64,000 nt of DNA from the NCBI GenBank assembly GCA_013239625.1, contig MU057356.1, positions 26,802,793-26,866,792 of the forward strand. Reading direction: 5' to 3'. The notes under the pieces were generated by a model that worked only from the letters and a program-made list of their open reading frames with translations, did not search any database and was not told the origin of the DNA. The translations under genes and the position numbers were made by a program. This stretch comes from Lama guanicoe (Eukaryota). Positions within the stretch are counted from its first letter, which is position 1, and each line of letters opens with the position of its first letter. This document shows, one piece after another, positions 50,405 to 63,240 of the stretch.

Positions 50405-52579
50405 GATATCCATGTAGGACAGATGTTACTATCCCCATAATAAAAATACAGGACTGGACGCTCAAAGCATACAAACCTTTCCCCTTTCATAGCACTAATC
50501 GTATTTTATTGTTTAATTATCTCTGTCTCCCATGCCAATCAACAACTCACAGAATCACCGAAACACTCTATCAAAATTCATATACCCAGGGTCATATCCT
50601 CGAGATGCTTACCCAGCTCTATTGACACTGGACTGCGATCTCAATGAATATATTTTGAAAAGCTTCCCTGGTGACTCTAAGGGATGTCCTTGTCTGAGAA
50701 TACCTGGGAAGAAAGGTCCAGTGTTTCTTACTCATTATTGTCCCCCAGCACCTACAACAATGCCTGGCACATGGCAGCACTCAATAAATGTTAGTGAATG
50801 AATTCCCCAAAGTCATAGACTGGTTTATAACAAAGCCCTAGAACTCCTCCTGAGCCATTGCTTTCACTGCTGGAGATATTTACCAAAAAAAAAAAAAATA
50901 ATAAGAACTTTCTTAGCAATCTCTTCATCATCACTCTTTTGGCAATTGTTTATTTAACTCTAAATTCCTCTCAGCAATGGCAACAAAAATAAAACCACAC
51001 AAAAAAAGCTGCATACTAATGGGCTCTCTTAATGATTTTACCTCCCAATTATATCACGCACTCCACTACCATCCCCCACTCCAGAGTCATCTGTGCTAGA
51101 AAGATGATGGATACGCATATTAGTCTCTGGTTGTAATGAACACATCCATTATAAAAGCAATAGTAACTGCAACGGGGATTATGTGCGTGGTGAAAACATC
51201 TCCAGTGCCTTGTAAACACCTCAGCCTTCTGGCAGCCCCTCTGTGGGCCTATTTACCGCCTTGACGACGCAAGGTAGCTACTGTCTAATTATACACAACT
51301 GGCTTGGTTAATCCTGTATAATAATAATTAAAAACAATTCATATTTTTTTTCTTTTGCTCTCTTTATTAACTTTNNNNNNNNNNNNNNNNNNNNNNNNNN
51401 NNNNNNNNNNNNNNNNNNNNNNNNNNNNNNNNNNNNNNNNNNNNNNNNNNNNNNNNNNNNNNNNNNNNNNNNNNNNNNNNNNNNNNNNNNNNNNNNNNNN
51501 NNNNNNNNNNNNNNNNNNNNNNAACAAAGACACCGTGAAAGAAACTGGAGCCCCTGTGCAATGTCACCCACAGTCATGAAGCAAAAGGCCACGTGAGGAG
51601 CCTCCCTCAGCAGCAGGCCGGAACTGGCTGCCTGCAGCCGTGGTCCTGGGATGGTCCTCAGGGAGGCCTCCTGGGCTCCAGGGGCCTCTGGCTACCTTGG
51701 CTACCTGGCCCGTGGAGCCCTGGTGTCAGCTCCAGCCTGTAGAGGGGAGGCTGCAGCTGCTGGAGTAGCCAAGCGAACAGGTGAAGGAGGCAGCTGCTTG
51801 GCTTGTGGGGAAATAAAAGTGAGTCTTAGCTCATAAACCCACGTGCACTTTCTGAGAAGGTGCATGCCGTGAACGCGCTGTAGCCCCTCCCTGGGCCTGG
51901 TTTCCAGGCCATGTGCTTCGGGCTCCCCTTCATTGATATCTTTCCTCTTTGGAAATTGCCCTTTGCCTTATTTCACCTCCTTCCAGGCTTGGAAGGTGGG
52001 GCTTGGGCTGAGTTGTATACACGGTGAGACTGGGCTGCCAGCCTCCCTCGAGTGGCCTCAGGCCCTGAAGGCTGTGGGGACAGCCCAGATGAGGCTAGTT
52101 ACTGATTCCCGACGTGGTCCCTTCTTATTCCCTCACCGAGAGAGAAATCTGTGTGTTCTGCGGAGCATCCGAGCATTAGACTGAGATGGTTGGAGTTGAG
52201 GGGAAAGGAAAGATTCCCTTGCTTACTCATACTCACTAATTAGCACTAAATAATTTTAATTGGTCTCAAGAAGCAGAGGAGAGTGTGAATGCACATAGGC
52301 CACACACGGGCGAGGACTGCTCTTTCCAGAGCAGTCGTGTGATCTGTTTGAGCACCTTCTGGGGTCAGGCACTGGGCCGGGTGTTTTACAAATAGGTAAC
52401 CTCCCACCTGAGATCGGGAACCATATGTTACTCAAATCTAAGTACCTAGTACAGTGACTACACTTAGTACATATTTATTAACTGGATTAACTCATTTATA
52501 ATCCTCACAATAACTTCACAGGAGGCATTCATATTCCCATTTAGCAGATGTGGAAAGTGAAGCTTGGCAATTTGCTTGA

Positions 52580-53660
52580 GCCCTGGCTTCAGCCGCCTTC
52601 TTCCCTTGGCTTTCACGTCACCACACTCTTGGTTGCCATCCTCCCCCTCCTTCACCCGTTCCTCCTCTTCTCCCTGATCTCTTAATTTGGGAGAACCTCC
52701 TTTCCTAAATTTACTCCATTGGTAATCTCATTGAACCCCATGGCTTGAAATACTGACAACTCCCTCATTTCTATTTCCAGACCAGATGTCCCTCCCACAC
52801 TCCAGACTTGTATCTCCAACTGCTGTTCGGCATTTCTTATCTCTGTTTGGAGGTCTTTTAGATATTTCGATCTCAGTATGTTGAAAATGAAAGTCCCGAT
52901 TCTCCTCTACCAAATCTACTTCATGTGATGCCCAGCCCAACTCAGTGAGGGCAACTCCACCCTTCCTGTAGCTCAGGCAAAGAGCAATGCACCATCTCTG
53001 GCTCCTCTCTTTCTCTTGCACTCTGCCCATCCTCTATCTTCAAATATACCTAATTTGGGACTTCTTGTCAGTCCTCCAATTTTGACACCCTGATCTGAGC
53101 CATCATTATCTCTTGCCTGAGTCATAGTAGCAGCTACTGTTCCCCCTGCCTCTAGCCTTGTCCCTAACACTGTAGCTAGAAAAATCATTATTATCAGTTC
53201 AGGGGCTCTATGGCAAGTTGTTCTTCACAATTTTTCCATCTACTTCAGTTTTGATTTCAGGAAAACTTTTTTTTTTTTCAAACCATGCCACCCCTTTGTT
53301 CAAAATCCTACAATTCAGAGGCAGGGGTGGCGGGTAGGTATAGCTCAGTGGTAGAGTGCATGCTTAGCATGCACAAGGTCCTGGGTTCAACCCCTGGTAC
53401 CTCCATTAATTTTTTTTAAACCCTAAATGTACATCATTTCACTCAGAGATAAAAAAAAATCAAAATCCTACAGGATACAACATGACCTGCTACCATCTCT
53501 TACCTGATAGATCTCATCTTTTTAAATCCACCCTCATCCCTTCAGTTCCAGCCATCCTGTCTCCCACCTTTGTTCTGGCCATTCCCTTCTGCCTGAAATA
53601 CTCTTTCTCCCGAAATTCACAAAACTAACTAAAATGCCTGAAATCCTTGTACAGATCACA
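52580..53660 (+). mobile_element. L2 LINE, interrupted by a SINE
   Basis: cactccagacttgtatctccaactgc, tagctcaggcaaa, catcattatctcttgcctga, gccattcccttctgcctgaaatactct. Confidence 0.8.
53316..53420 (+). mobile_element. tRNA-Ala-derived camelid SINE (Vic-1-like)
   Basis: ggtatagctcagtggtagagtgcatgcttagcatgcacaaggtcctgggttcaacccctggtacctccatt. Confidence 0.88.
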
Positions 53661-55081
53661 CTTTCTCCATGAGGCCTCTAGGACAGTGCAGCTTAGTCAA
53701 TGAGATAAACACAGAAATTTACAGTGTATAGGAATTTTTAGAGCAGATTGTCACGGCCCTGACATCCATGCATGGTCTCTTGAGCAGGGTTTAGGGCAGC
53801 CTGTGTATCGCTACGCTTGGGAGAAAGTCACATGTGATACGAGCTTGCTCCCTAGTCATGCACAGTAGACCCAACAGATCAGAATCTAAAAAGCTACTTC
53901 TCTGTCACAGGAAGTTTGAGAGGAACTGACTGTCCTAGAGACCTCATGGGTGTTGAGGAGACTGTTCAGTGTTAAGCTGGGACTTGGAGGTTGGGAAAGA
54001 ATTTGTTCCATTGTCTCCAGCTGACCTGACAATTTCAAGCACCAACAAGTTTATTTCTCCATTCTTCTCTCATTTTATCCAAGACCTTTATTCTCTTTTT
54101 CTGCTAGACGGTTGTATGTGATCCACTCAGTTAACTCGGAGGGAGAGAAGGGGGAGGGGCAGCTCTAGAGACACAAAGAACACAGCTGCTGAGCATGACA
54201 GCTGCTGCTTCTGTCACTGAACCTGGGAATTAACTGAATTGGAGAGACTGGATAGAATTAGCAAGCTGTTGGACGGATCCACTGGGAATTGGCTCCCTTT
54301 GAGCTGGTAGGGATGGGGATTTGGGGAGGAGGGCTGGGGTGGGAAGCTCCCTGAAGACCCTATGGATGAGTGCTCACCTGGGATCTGCTGGAACTGCAGG
54401 CAGTGCTCCCTGGAGCTCAGTGGTGTTGGTCTCCCCAGCTTTGCCCCCTTCTCAGAATCATCGCCCACCTTCCCCCACAGCAGATATTTTCCTCCTTGCC
54501 TTTCTATCACCTGTGGTAAAGTAGTTATCTTGATCAAGGAAGCATGAAGGGCTCTGACATTTTAATTATCATCTGTCCCCTTGAACATCAAGAATAAGAG
54601 GAAAAACAAATCCCCTAAGAGTTACCTGCTGGAAGGCTTTGCCAGGTCTCGTTTTACCCTACCCCTCATTATATAGTTAAGCCGGGTCTGGGCTAGGAGT
54701 GACAGAAAGGGGGACCGATGAGAATGCAAGGCTGTGTGTGGCCTGCAGAGCAGAGCTGAGACCCTGGAGGTGGGTGTGGATGGTGTGAAGAGGTCTGCAC
54801 CATCTTGGCTCCGTTTCTGAGCCCTTGTGTGGATTGTAAGCTAGTTGCATAATTTCTCTTTGCCTCTGTTCCTTAATCTGAAAATGGGTCTAATACTAAT
54901 ATCCTAGATGGGTGTGAGGATTAAATTTATGCAGAAAATATACAGAAGGCCCTATGTACATGAGAGCCAGACGCCTCACAAGTGCTGAAACAATAAGCAG
55001 TGGTAGCAGGTGCTTTTAGTGAGTTATGTTTATGTGCATTTTACCAATTTCTGGACACCTTTTACTCTCTTCCTCCCTCAG

Positions 55082-55518
55082 TGTGGTGGGCAGAATAATG
55101 CTCTCCTTCTCCTCCCAGGATGTCTATAGCCTAATACCTGAAACCTGTGAATATTATGTTATACTACAAAGGGAAATTAAGGTTGCAGATGAAATTAACA
55201 TGCTAATCCACAAGGGTCATCAAAAGTGGAAGAGAGAGGCAGAAGAGAAGGTCAGAGTGATGCAGTGTGAGGACCCAACCCCCTGTGTTGACTTTGAAAA
55301 TGGGAGAAAGGGGCTGGCAGGCGAGGAACACAGGCAGTCTTGGGAAGCTGGAAAAAGCTGGAAAGGGATTCTTCTCTAGTGCTTCCAGAAGGAATGCAGT
55401 CCTGCCAACACCTTGGTTTTAGCCTCATGAAACCCATTTCAAACTTCCAGCCTCCATAACTGTTTTAAGCCACTAGATTTGTGGTCATATGTTACAGCAG
55501 CGATAGGAAACTAAAACA
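55082..55518 (+). mobile_element. MLT1D-like MaLR solo LTR
   Basis: tgtggtgggcagaataatg...ttaaggttgcagatg...ttccagaaggaatgcagtcctgccaacaccttg...gttacagcagcgataggaaactaaaaca. Confidence 0.88.
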
Positions 55519-56722
55519 CATCTCACTCTGTCTGGTATTTATAGAGCTGCTTAAAGGCCAGGTCCTTATTTAATAGTCATTGAACGTTCAGCACATGCTC
55601 ACAGATCTCCTGCTATGTATATGGCATTGTTCTGGGGGTCTTGGTAAGAATGGAAGGAATGCAAGACTCTGTCTGCTAGGACTTACCATCTAATTGGAGA
55701 AAATAGACATGTACATATGAAATTTATGCTACAAAGTGGATGAAGAGCTACAGGGAAGAAGGGGGTGCTCACCATGGGGATATGAGTATGAAGGGCTGGT
55801 GAGGGTCTGGATAGTTCACAGACTTGACATTCATAGGAAAGAATTATGTGTGTTTCATGATGTACATATGAAAGAATGCAGCTGGTTTGACTTTCTGCCT
55901 TTATGAATGGTAGAGATACACAACGGGTAGGAGTGAGAATGTGTCCTAACTCTGTTGCTTCTTAACTGTCAACCCTGGGATACATCACTTTATCTTTTTC
56001 ATCTATAAAATGTCTAACATACCTGGAGGAATTTTATATGAATTAGGCAAGACATAACCTAGGAAAGTGCTTTTAAACTCTAAAGAATACATAAAACTAA
56101 GTTTTTCCACTCTAGTTGCTTTTGTAAAAGTTGGTATACCTATGTACCATCCTCAATAGTCAGCTGTAAAAACTAATGCAAGCAGCTTCGGGCTTAATCC
56201 AGCGACTATCAGATAAAGATTTAAGGGTGCTTTTGGAAAACTGTTAAATTACAAATGAATAGCTCCTCTCCTATGACATCTCTGTAAACACTAGAACCAG
56301 GAAGCTTCTAGAAGAGCACTCCTGGAGTTCGCTCAGGATCACAGGGTAAGCAACGCACATCACACATGGCAGGAAAAGGCAGAGTGTTCATGATTCTGTC
56401 TGGTTATAAGAAACTGACTTCATAAAGGCTGAAACTTCACAACAGCACTCACTGAATATAAAGCTCTCTGAGGATACAAGGATATATCTGGGATTAGAGC
56501 ATCAGGGTTGGTTGACAAGGAAGTACAGATAAATCCCCAGGGACTGGACTCCAAGGCAGTGACTAGTCTGACATTTATTTCTCATTTTCCCCAGTCTGAG
56601 ACTGTATGGCATCACAGGCCAGAAGTCACCCTCAGACCCTCCCAGTGGTCCCAGCCCACCCCACAAGGTCATCATGAGATACAAATGAGCTCAGGCTGCA
56701 GGAGAACTTTGCAAACTGGAAA

Positions 56723-56845
56723 GCAGTGTCTAGAAAAGTGTGATTCCAAACCAGCAGCAGCATCACCTGTTAGAAATGCAAATTCTCTGCTTCTACCTCC
56801 CACTACTGAGTCAGAAACTCAGGGGGAGGGTGGGGCTGGGGTGGG
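56723..56845 (+). mobile_element. MER5A-like fragment
   Basis: accagcagcagcatcacctgttagaaatgcaaattctc...ctactgagtcagaaactc. Confidence 0.75.
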
Positions 56846-56895
56846 GTGATCACCTAGGCCTTAGAATGTATGACTCTTACCACTTGGCTCCCAGT

Positions 56896-57006
56896 TAGGA
56901 GAACTATAGTCCTGGTTTGCCTGGGACTGTCCCAGTTTTACCACTGAAAGTTTCCTGTTCCTAGAAACTCCTTAGTTCCAGGCAAACCAGGTTGGTTAGT
57001 CTCCTA
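56896..57006. mobile_element. MER81-like hAT-Blackjack MITE
   Basis: Long inverted repeats: taggaga...cctggtttgcctgg versus ccaggcaaaccagg...tctccta. Confidence 0.8.
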
Positions 57007-57949
57007 GAAAGGATTTCCCTAATGCTGTGTCTCTAGCTCACCGCCTCCTTTCCTGCTGGCTCCTCCATCCACTCGCAACACCATAACCCCAGTGCCGACA
57101 TTTATTGAGCCTTTCCTTGCCTATTGCAAAATCTTCCAGCCAGTGGAAGGCAAAGAACAGGGGTTTAGCATGAGGCAGAACTGATTCAGTACTGGCTCCA
57201 TCCATTTGTTCATTCATGTGTTTATCTTTGTCTATACTCATACAACAAACACTTACTGAGCAAGATGTTAAGAGTATAGAGATAGAGAGCTTGGCAATTT
57301 ACTTAACTAGCTGTGTCTGAGCTTTCCCCTCTGTAATTAAAACCTCTTCATAGGACTGTGAGGATATAATGAAACCATAGATAAAAAGCACGTAGCTCAG
57401 GTCTGGAACCAAATGCGTGCTCCTTTTCATATTATATCTCTCCCCTCCGTTTCCTCCTGCTGTGTCACCATAGTCCAGCACTGATCATGTCACTCCACAA
57501 TTCCGACTTCCGAAAGGCTCTCATTATTGATTACTCTGAGAGCCCACTCTTCAGCCCTGCTAATGGTCCTCCCTGTGCCTCAGACACACCCTGTAAACTC
57601 ACGGATCCCTAAATGCTCCTCCAACTTCTTTCTCCTCCTTTTCGAACACATCCCGAGCCTCACTTTCCCCCTAAAAACTTCCACAAAGTACTTCGGATGT
57701 CAATTGCTCCAAGAAGCCCTTCTTGATCTCCTTAAGGGAACAATGACCCTATTTCATCCTGTTGCTTTTCATGTCTTTGGGGAGTATGTGATGCTTATTC
57801 TAGTATCTTTCCAGGACCTGGCAGAGAGTAGAGGCTACGTACAAGCCTTCCAGCGGCAAACACACTAAGCGGCCATTGTCATGTGACAGGCCCTGTGGGA
57901 GTACGGACACCAGAGGCGTCTTCAGAGGAGCCAAGAAGGCTCCTAGAAT

Positions 57950-58420
57950 ATGGCACGTGAGGCCTAAAAGAATTTTGCCAGCTGAAGGGCATTGGGCTAT
58001 GAATTCTGTAAGGTCGGAATCAACTCAAACGGCTACAGGTGTGAGGAAGGTAGCAGCGCATGCGCCAAGCAAACTGTGAGAAATGCCGCGTACGCAACAC
58101 ACGCAGCGGAGTCCACGGGGCGGGGCGGGGGTGGGGGCAGGGCTCTTCCGTTCCAGCCTCGCACTTCCGGGTAGGAGCGAATGCTCCGTGTCGTCAGGTT
58201 GTCGGCTGTGGTGAGAGGAGCCAGGACTTCTGAGGAGTTTCCTCCAGCAGACCTCTCTCCGCACAAGCACTCGTGCCGCCACGGCTCCAGGTGCTGTTCT
58301 GTTGACGCCTGGTTGTGGGGGTTGGTGTGGTTTTTCACGGACTCTCTAAAAGGACTTACTCTGATTCAGCGAGGACCTGGGGAAGTCCGAAAGGTTTCAA
58401 CGCCAAGAGACTGTGAGTAC
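57950..58420 (+). promoter_or_regulatory. Small CpG-island promoter and first exon of an unidentified transcript
   Basis: Sharp local CpG enrichment. NRF1 palindrome GCGCATGCGC 58056-58065, tandem GC boxes 58117-58130, ETS/GABP ACTTCCGGGT 58163-58172, E-box 57954-57959. Downstream + strand donors GTGAGA 58211 and GTGAGT 58413. Confidence 0.8.
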
Positions 58421-61400
58421 CCCAGTTTTCCTTATTGTTTGCGATAATAATATATTTATTTCCTGATTATGGTAAAAGATATGATGGTTTTTGTGATCCT
58501 GATAGATGTAAAAGGAATAGATATAGTTAAATACGTGAATTTTAAGATGAAAACTAGGCTAGGAGAATTTTTTTCCAAGCCACACTGTATTAAAAGGTGA
58601 TACTATCACCAAACTTACAGGTAGACCTATTGTTAAGATTTAATTTCTCAAATTTTCACGTTTAATCTTGCTTTGTTTCAAAAGTGATGTTTTGGGAGAA
58701 TTAAAACTGACCCTGAAATGCCCCTTACATGCACAAACACACGCTCACAAACTTACACTTGTGTATGAGGGGACCATGGGGTCTGTTTGCCTGGGATTAT
58801 TTTTTTGCCCTGTTATTTTGATTGGTTTGTCTTGCTATCCAAGGAAACAATCAACAATCAATTTATGCTTATTAAATGATTAAAATGACTTCGTAATAGA
58901 AATAGTACAATTTTCACCTTGATGGTGATGAATATTAATTAATGTAATTTTTGAAAAGTATGAAAGTTTTTGTTAGAAGGATATTACAAAAGGACATTTA
59001 TCCCCATGAAAATTTTAGGCTGTGTTTATTGAAATATTACTCAGAAACCATGTAAAGCTTAGAAAAATAAAAGAGTTGCTTTAAATTCTGGGCTGTTTAT
59101 TTTTCTCAGCTAAATTGCTTCTCTACAGAGAATGCTACTGACAAAAAGATGAAAATAGGCCAAGAAGCACTGTGGAAATTAATAAAAGCCCAGAGTGCTC
59201 TTTTTATAGGCGATATCCTCTGTGTGTCCAGGATATTCAAAAGTGAATGAATCCAGTGTTGTATGAAACACTCCCATAAAGTATTTAACTTTATGAGAAT
59301 TTCTGCATAGCAAATATTTTCTAATTTTTTTTTTTGTGAAATTGTCACTCACATAGACTTTGAACTAGTTAACTCCTGGGTAGGGGGGAAAAACACAGAT
59401 TATTTTGAAGAACGGGGAAAAAGCCAAACCCGTTGTAAGCCAGAATTACTTGTCTCTGGTTTTGAAAGATTTTTCAGCTTTTTAAGAAAAGAGAATTAGC
59501 ATAAAGTATTTCCGGGGCATCTCTTAAGGCTGAAAACTGAAGAAAATTGAAATAATGGCCCTTGTGTTGGGCTTCCTTCCTCCAAAGCTGAAAACTCTTC
59601 CATATGTTTGCTGTCTTACCCCTCCTCTCTCTCCACTCAGTCTCTTTGGTTTCCGGAATCACTGGTGATATTTTCCTGCTTCTCTATTTTGCCGCTGTTA
59701 TTTGAGAACAGCAAGATGTCCATGAGAATCGTTCTCCTCATTGGAATGTTGTGTCCTTGTATCAGTGATTAGAACACTGGAATCTCAGGGGCTCAAACTC
59801 TTCACAAGGGTGCAGTGTGCATTTTGTCTTCTGCATCCTGAGGTCTAAATTCCTCCTCAGATTTTAAACGAGTGAAGAAAAAAACTCAGTTCTTTGGCTG
59901 TGGGCAACAACAAACGTGGGTCCGTGCAAGAGCCAGGAGACAGCACCAGACCCATGCAGGGCCAGACCTCTGCAGGGCTGCTAATTACCGTTAGCAGTGG
60001 TGCACTGACCACTGCTTCTTGGGGCTTAGAAAAACGGACATGCCATTCGGGCAACAGCTCAGACTTAGTCGAGTATAGGGAGGTGCCCGTGCCTGAACAC
60101 CTGGCTCAAATTAGAGCTTGTTAAGGGGCATCTGGGAACCACATTGAATGGACTTGCCTCATAAGAGGGATGATTTAATGCTGAGACCCATTTGAACTCT
60201 TTATTTCATGCAGAATCAGGACATGCATTAGAATTTAAAACCCTATCAAACTCACTATGTAAACTTCTTTGTGAGGGCAAAGCTCATCCCTAAAGCTCCA
60301 CATCCCCATCACACTTTAGACTCAAGTGTACTTTATACATTGAAAAGCAGACTGCATTTTCTATACCTATTGCCTACTGACTTTCCCAGTTAGTTGATTT
60401 CTTTGCTCCATTGTGTTCACCTGTGCTGTTAGATTTGATGTCCCTTTTCCTCTGTTTAAAACTGGGTTCTTCAGGAATGATCTTGAGTCAGTCATTTCTA
60501 CCTTAATGAGAACTAGAATATGTATATCTCTTCTCCCAGATGTTTCTACTTACCTATAATAAGTTAAGCATGTAGTGGTAAATTTTACAGGTAACATTCA
60601 GGCAAGACTGGAGTGAACTTAGATGAGTCATAAACATTTTAGTTCTCTACCCTAGCAGTTCTCAGTTAGAGGCCTGACATCTTCTCTTGGTGGAATGGCC
60701 TTGAGTGGCCAGTCATTAGTGTGAAGGCTCTCCTGCTATTTCCAGCTAACCATTTAGAAGTTCTGTTTCTTACATCCTCCATAGGAATCCTCTCCCCTGC
60801 AATGTATGAGTTAGGTAACTTACGCTCTTCAAAAGCACAGGATAAAACTTAAAGAGGCCTGAAGGTCAAGGAGCTAAGAGAAGATTCACAAATCTCTTCA
60901 CCTGCCTTTATAACATGTAGGTTGCCATGGTGATGGGAGGATGTGAATTAGGAAAAGATGAGGGGATGCTGTAAAACTTTTCTGGATGTTTCCTCTGAGT
61001 CTAGCCTAGCCCAAGATACTGCTTGATTTTCATAATGTGATGAAGAGTAAACACACCTGGATTCTTTCTTCTATCACCTCTGCTTTCTCCGTGCTTCTCT
61101 GAGACCTTAATAGGACCATCATTGCCAGAGGATGGTGCTTCTACAGTTTGCATTCTGAGTTTTGCTTTTAATTGTGAAATGAAAAACTGTTGAAATTTCA
61201 AGCCTCGTGAGGTATGTAGATGATTTGGGTGAGGGTCAGGAAGGAGATCATGCGCTCGAGCTTGTATTATGAGTAAGGTTGACTCTCCTGCTCCATCCTC
61301 AGGAGCCACAGCAAGAGAGGAGGGGGACAGAATGAGTCTTTCCTTGTGTTTTCCTAATCAGTGCAGAAATCAAGCCTTTCTGAAATATTTCTCAGTAACT

Positions 61401-62074
61401 AAGGACTCTCACTGAGGACAGCATACCTCTTATGTAGACAGAGAGGGCCAGAGCCCCTAGTCACCATGTCGTTGACCGTCTGATTATAGCTACTTAAGGT
61501 TTACAAGGCAAACACTAAGCAAATACATGCCTCATGACTAGAAGAATTTGACTTACAGGCCTCCATGCAGCCCCTGGCCCTAGAGAGCTGGGGGGACCCA
61601 AGGCTGGTGTCTCAAGTCTGTCACTTACAACTTTATACTAGTGTTGGCCCTCCACATCTTACTAGTCAGAAGGCAAGAAAAGGAAGAAAATGGTAGACAT
61701 AAAAGCAAGAGAGCAGTCTTCCCCCTGGAGCCTAGAGCATGTGGCCTCTGCTACACACGACCTGGATCCTGGTACCTGAAGCCCACCTTAGACCCACTGG
61801 GCTCTCTACAGGGGAGAACAGGAGAGAAGCAGCCTTCTTCATAGGCTGCAAGAGGCCTGGTTTCATTCATCATACCTGTGTGAGAGGGGACTGAGGGAGG
61901 GAGACAAATGTGCCCAAAGAGGCAATCCACAGAGGGTATTTGTTTAGGCAAAAGAGCTTTAAACCTCTTTGTCTGCTTGAGTGTCCCACAGTCCAGAGAC
62001 TAATGGCCTAGTACTTTCTATGGTCTGGATCCCTAGCCCTGTCCCTCCTCTTCCTCAGAACTCCTCTGGACGAG

Positions 62075-62372
62075 GACCGTCTCATAATCCTTGATGCCTG
62101 TATGGTCTAGTCGAGTCATTTCAACATGTGAAAGAGGCCAAGTAGGGACTGGAGGGGACTGGAGGACACAGTGGGAATAGCTACTCAATTCCAGCCGATG
62201 GTCGCCACGAGAAAATGCATTGCCAGCCCTCCAATTTGGGGAGTGAAGCTAGCTAGGAATTCAGATTTTTATATGAATCTCTTGTTCTTAGAATGCTCAC
62301 TCAGTTTTTACAAAAACACAAAAACTTTATACCAGATGTAGCCTGTGGATGCCAGTTACACATCTTTGCCCT
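62075..62372 (+). mobile_element. MER102-like hAT-Charlie fragment
   Basis: gaattcagatttttatatgaatctc...ccagatgtagcctgtggatgccagtt resembles the recalled MER102 consensus. Confidence 0.5.
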
Positions 62373-62529
62373 GAAGCTTAGACATTAAAACAGCATTTTC
62401 CTAGATTGATCTTAAGAAGTGTTGTATGAAAAATTATGTTTGGGAAATTCAAGATAAGAGTGAGTCACTCACACATGGTGAAGGCCATACCATAGCTTAT
62501 ATTTTAGGACATTCAAACATAGCTAAAGA

Positions 62530-63240
62530 GAATAGTTGCAAAAGGATGTGTCTAGAATCCAGTTGCTTCTTCCTAACTTCCTACCCTGGTCCAAGCTGCC
62601 ATCATCTCTTGCTTGGATCATGGCAGTGACCTCCAAAGTCATCTGCCTGTGTCTATAATTGCCCCTTATCTCAACACTGCAATCAGAGATCTATTCAAAA
62701 CATGTCAGATCATGACCCTCCTCTGCTCAAAATACTACAGTGGCTCCATGTCGCTCAGACCCAAAGCCCAAGTCCTTAGAATGGTCTACAAGGTCCTCCG
62801 TGCTCTGGTCCCATTCTTCTCTGACCTCCTTGCTACTACTATCTCCCTTGCTCATTCTACTCACACACCTCCCAACTTTGAACTTTGGCTGTTCCCACTG
62901 CCTTATTCTTTCCCCTTATTTCCATATACCTCTTTAATGAAGAAGCCTGTCCTGACAGCTCAATTTAAAATTGTCATTCACTTCCACCCCTGGCACTCCC
63001 TATCCCCGTTACTGGGCTTTACTTTTTCTTTTCATCCATAACACACATCCCTTCCATGAGAACTTGTAATTTGCTTTTTCTGTCTATCGCTGATTATCTT
63101 CCCCCTTGAAAATGTAAGCTCCAAGAGGCCAGAAATGTTTGTCTGTTTTGTTCGCTAATATATTTCCAGTCCATAGCCTCTGGCTTGCACCACGCACAGT
63201 GGGAACACTCACTGCATCTTTGCTGGAATTAATGAATGAA
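62530..63240 (+). mobile_element. L2 LINE 3' portion with tail
   Basis: ccctggtccaagctgccatcatctcttgcttgga, tcagatcatgaccctcctctgctcaaaa, atgtaagctccaagagg, ending aatgaatgaa. Confidence 0.88.

Noticed and set aside
53300-53472. Perfect 13-bp repeat tcaaaatcctaca as the TSD of the SINE
   Set aside because: The host L2 has two similar words at these positions (compare the uninterrupted L2 at ~62725-62780), and L2 sequence catttcactcagag lies between the SINE and the second copy. The real TSD is more likely the degenerate aaatcctacaat / aaaccctaaat.
56896-57006. Long hairpin as a possible pre-miRNA
   Set aside because: It is explained by the terminal inverted repeats of a MER81-like MITE, with no independent evidence of processing.
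62613-63041. 142-aa ORF
   Set aside because: It is entirely inside an L2 fossil.
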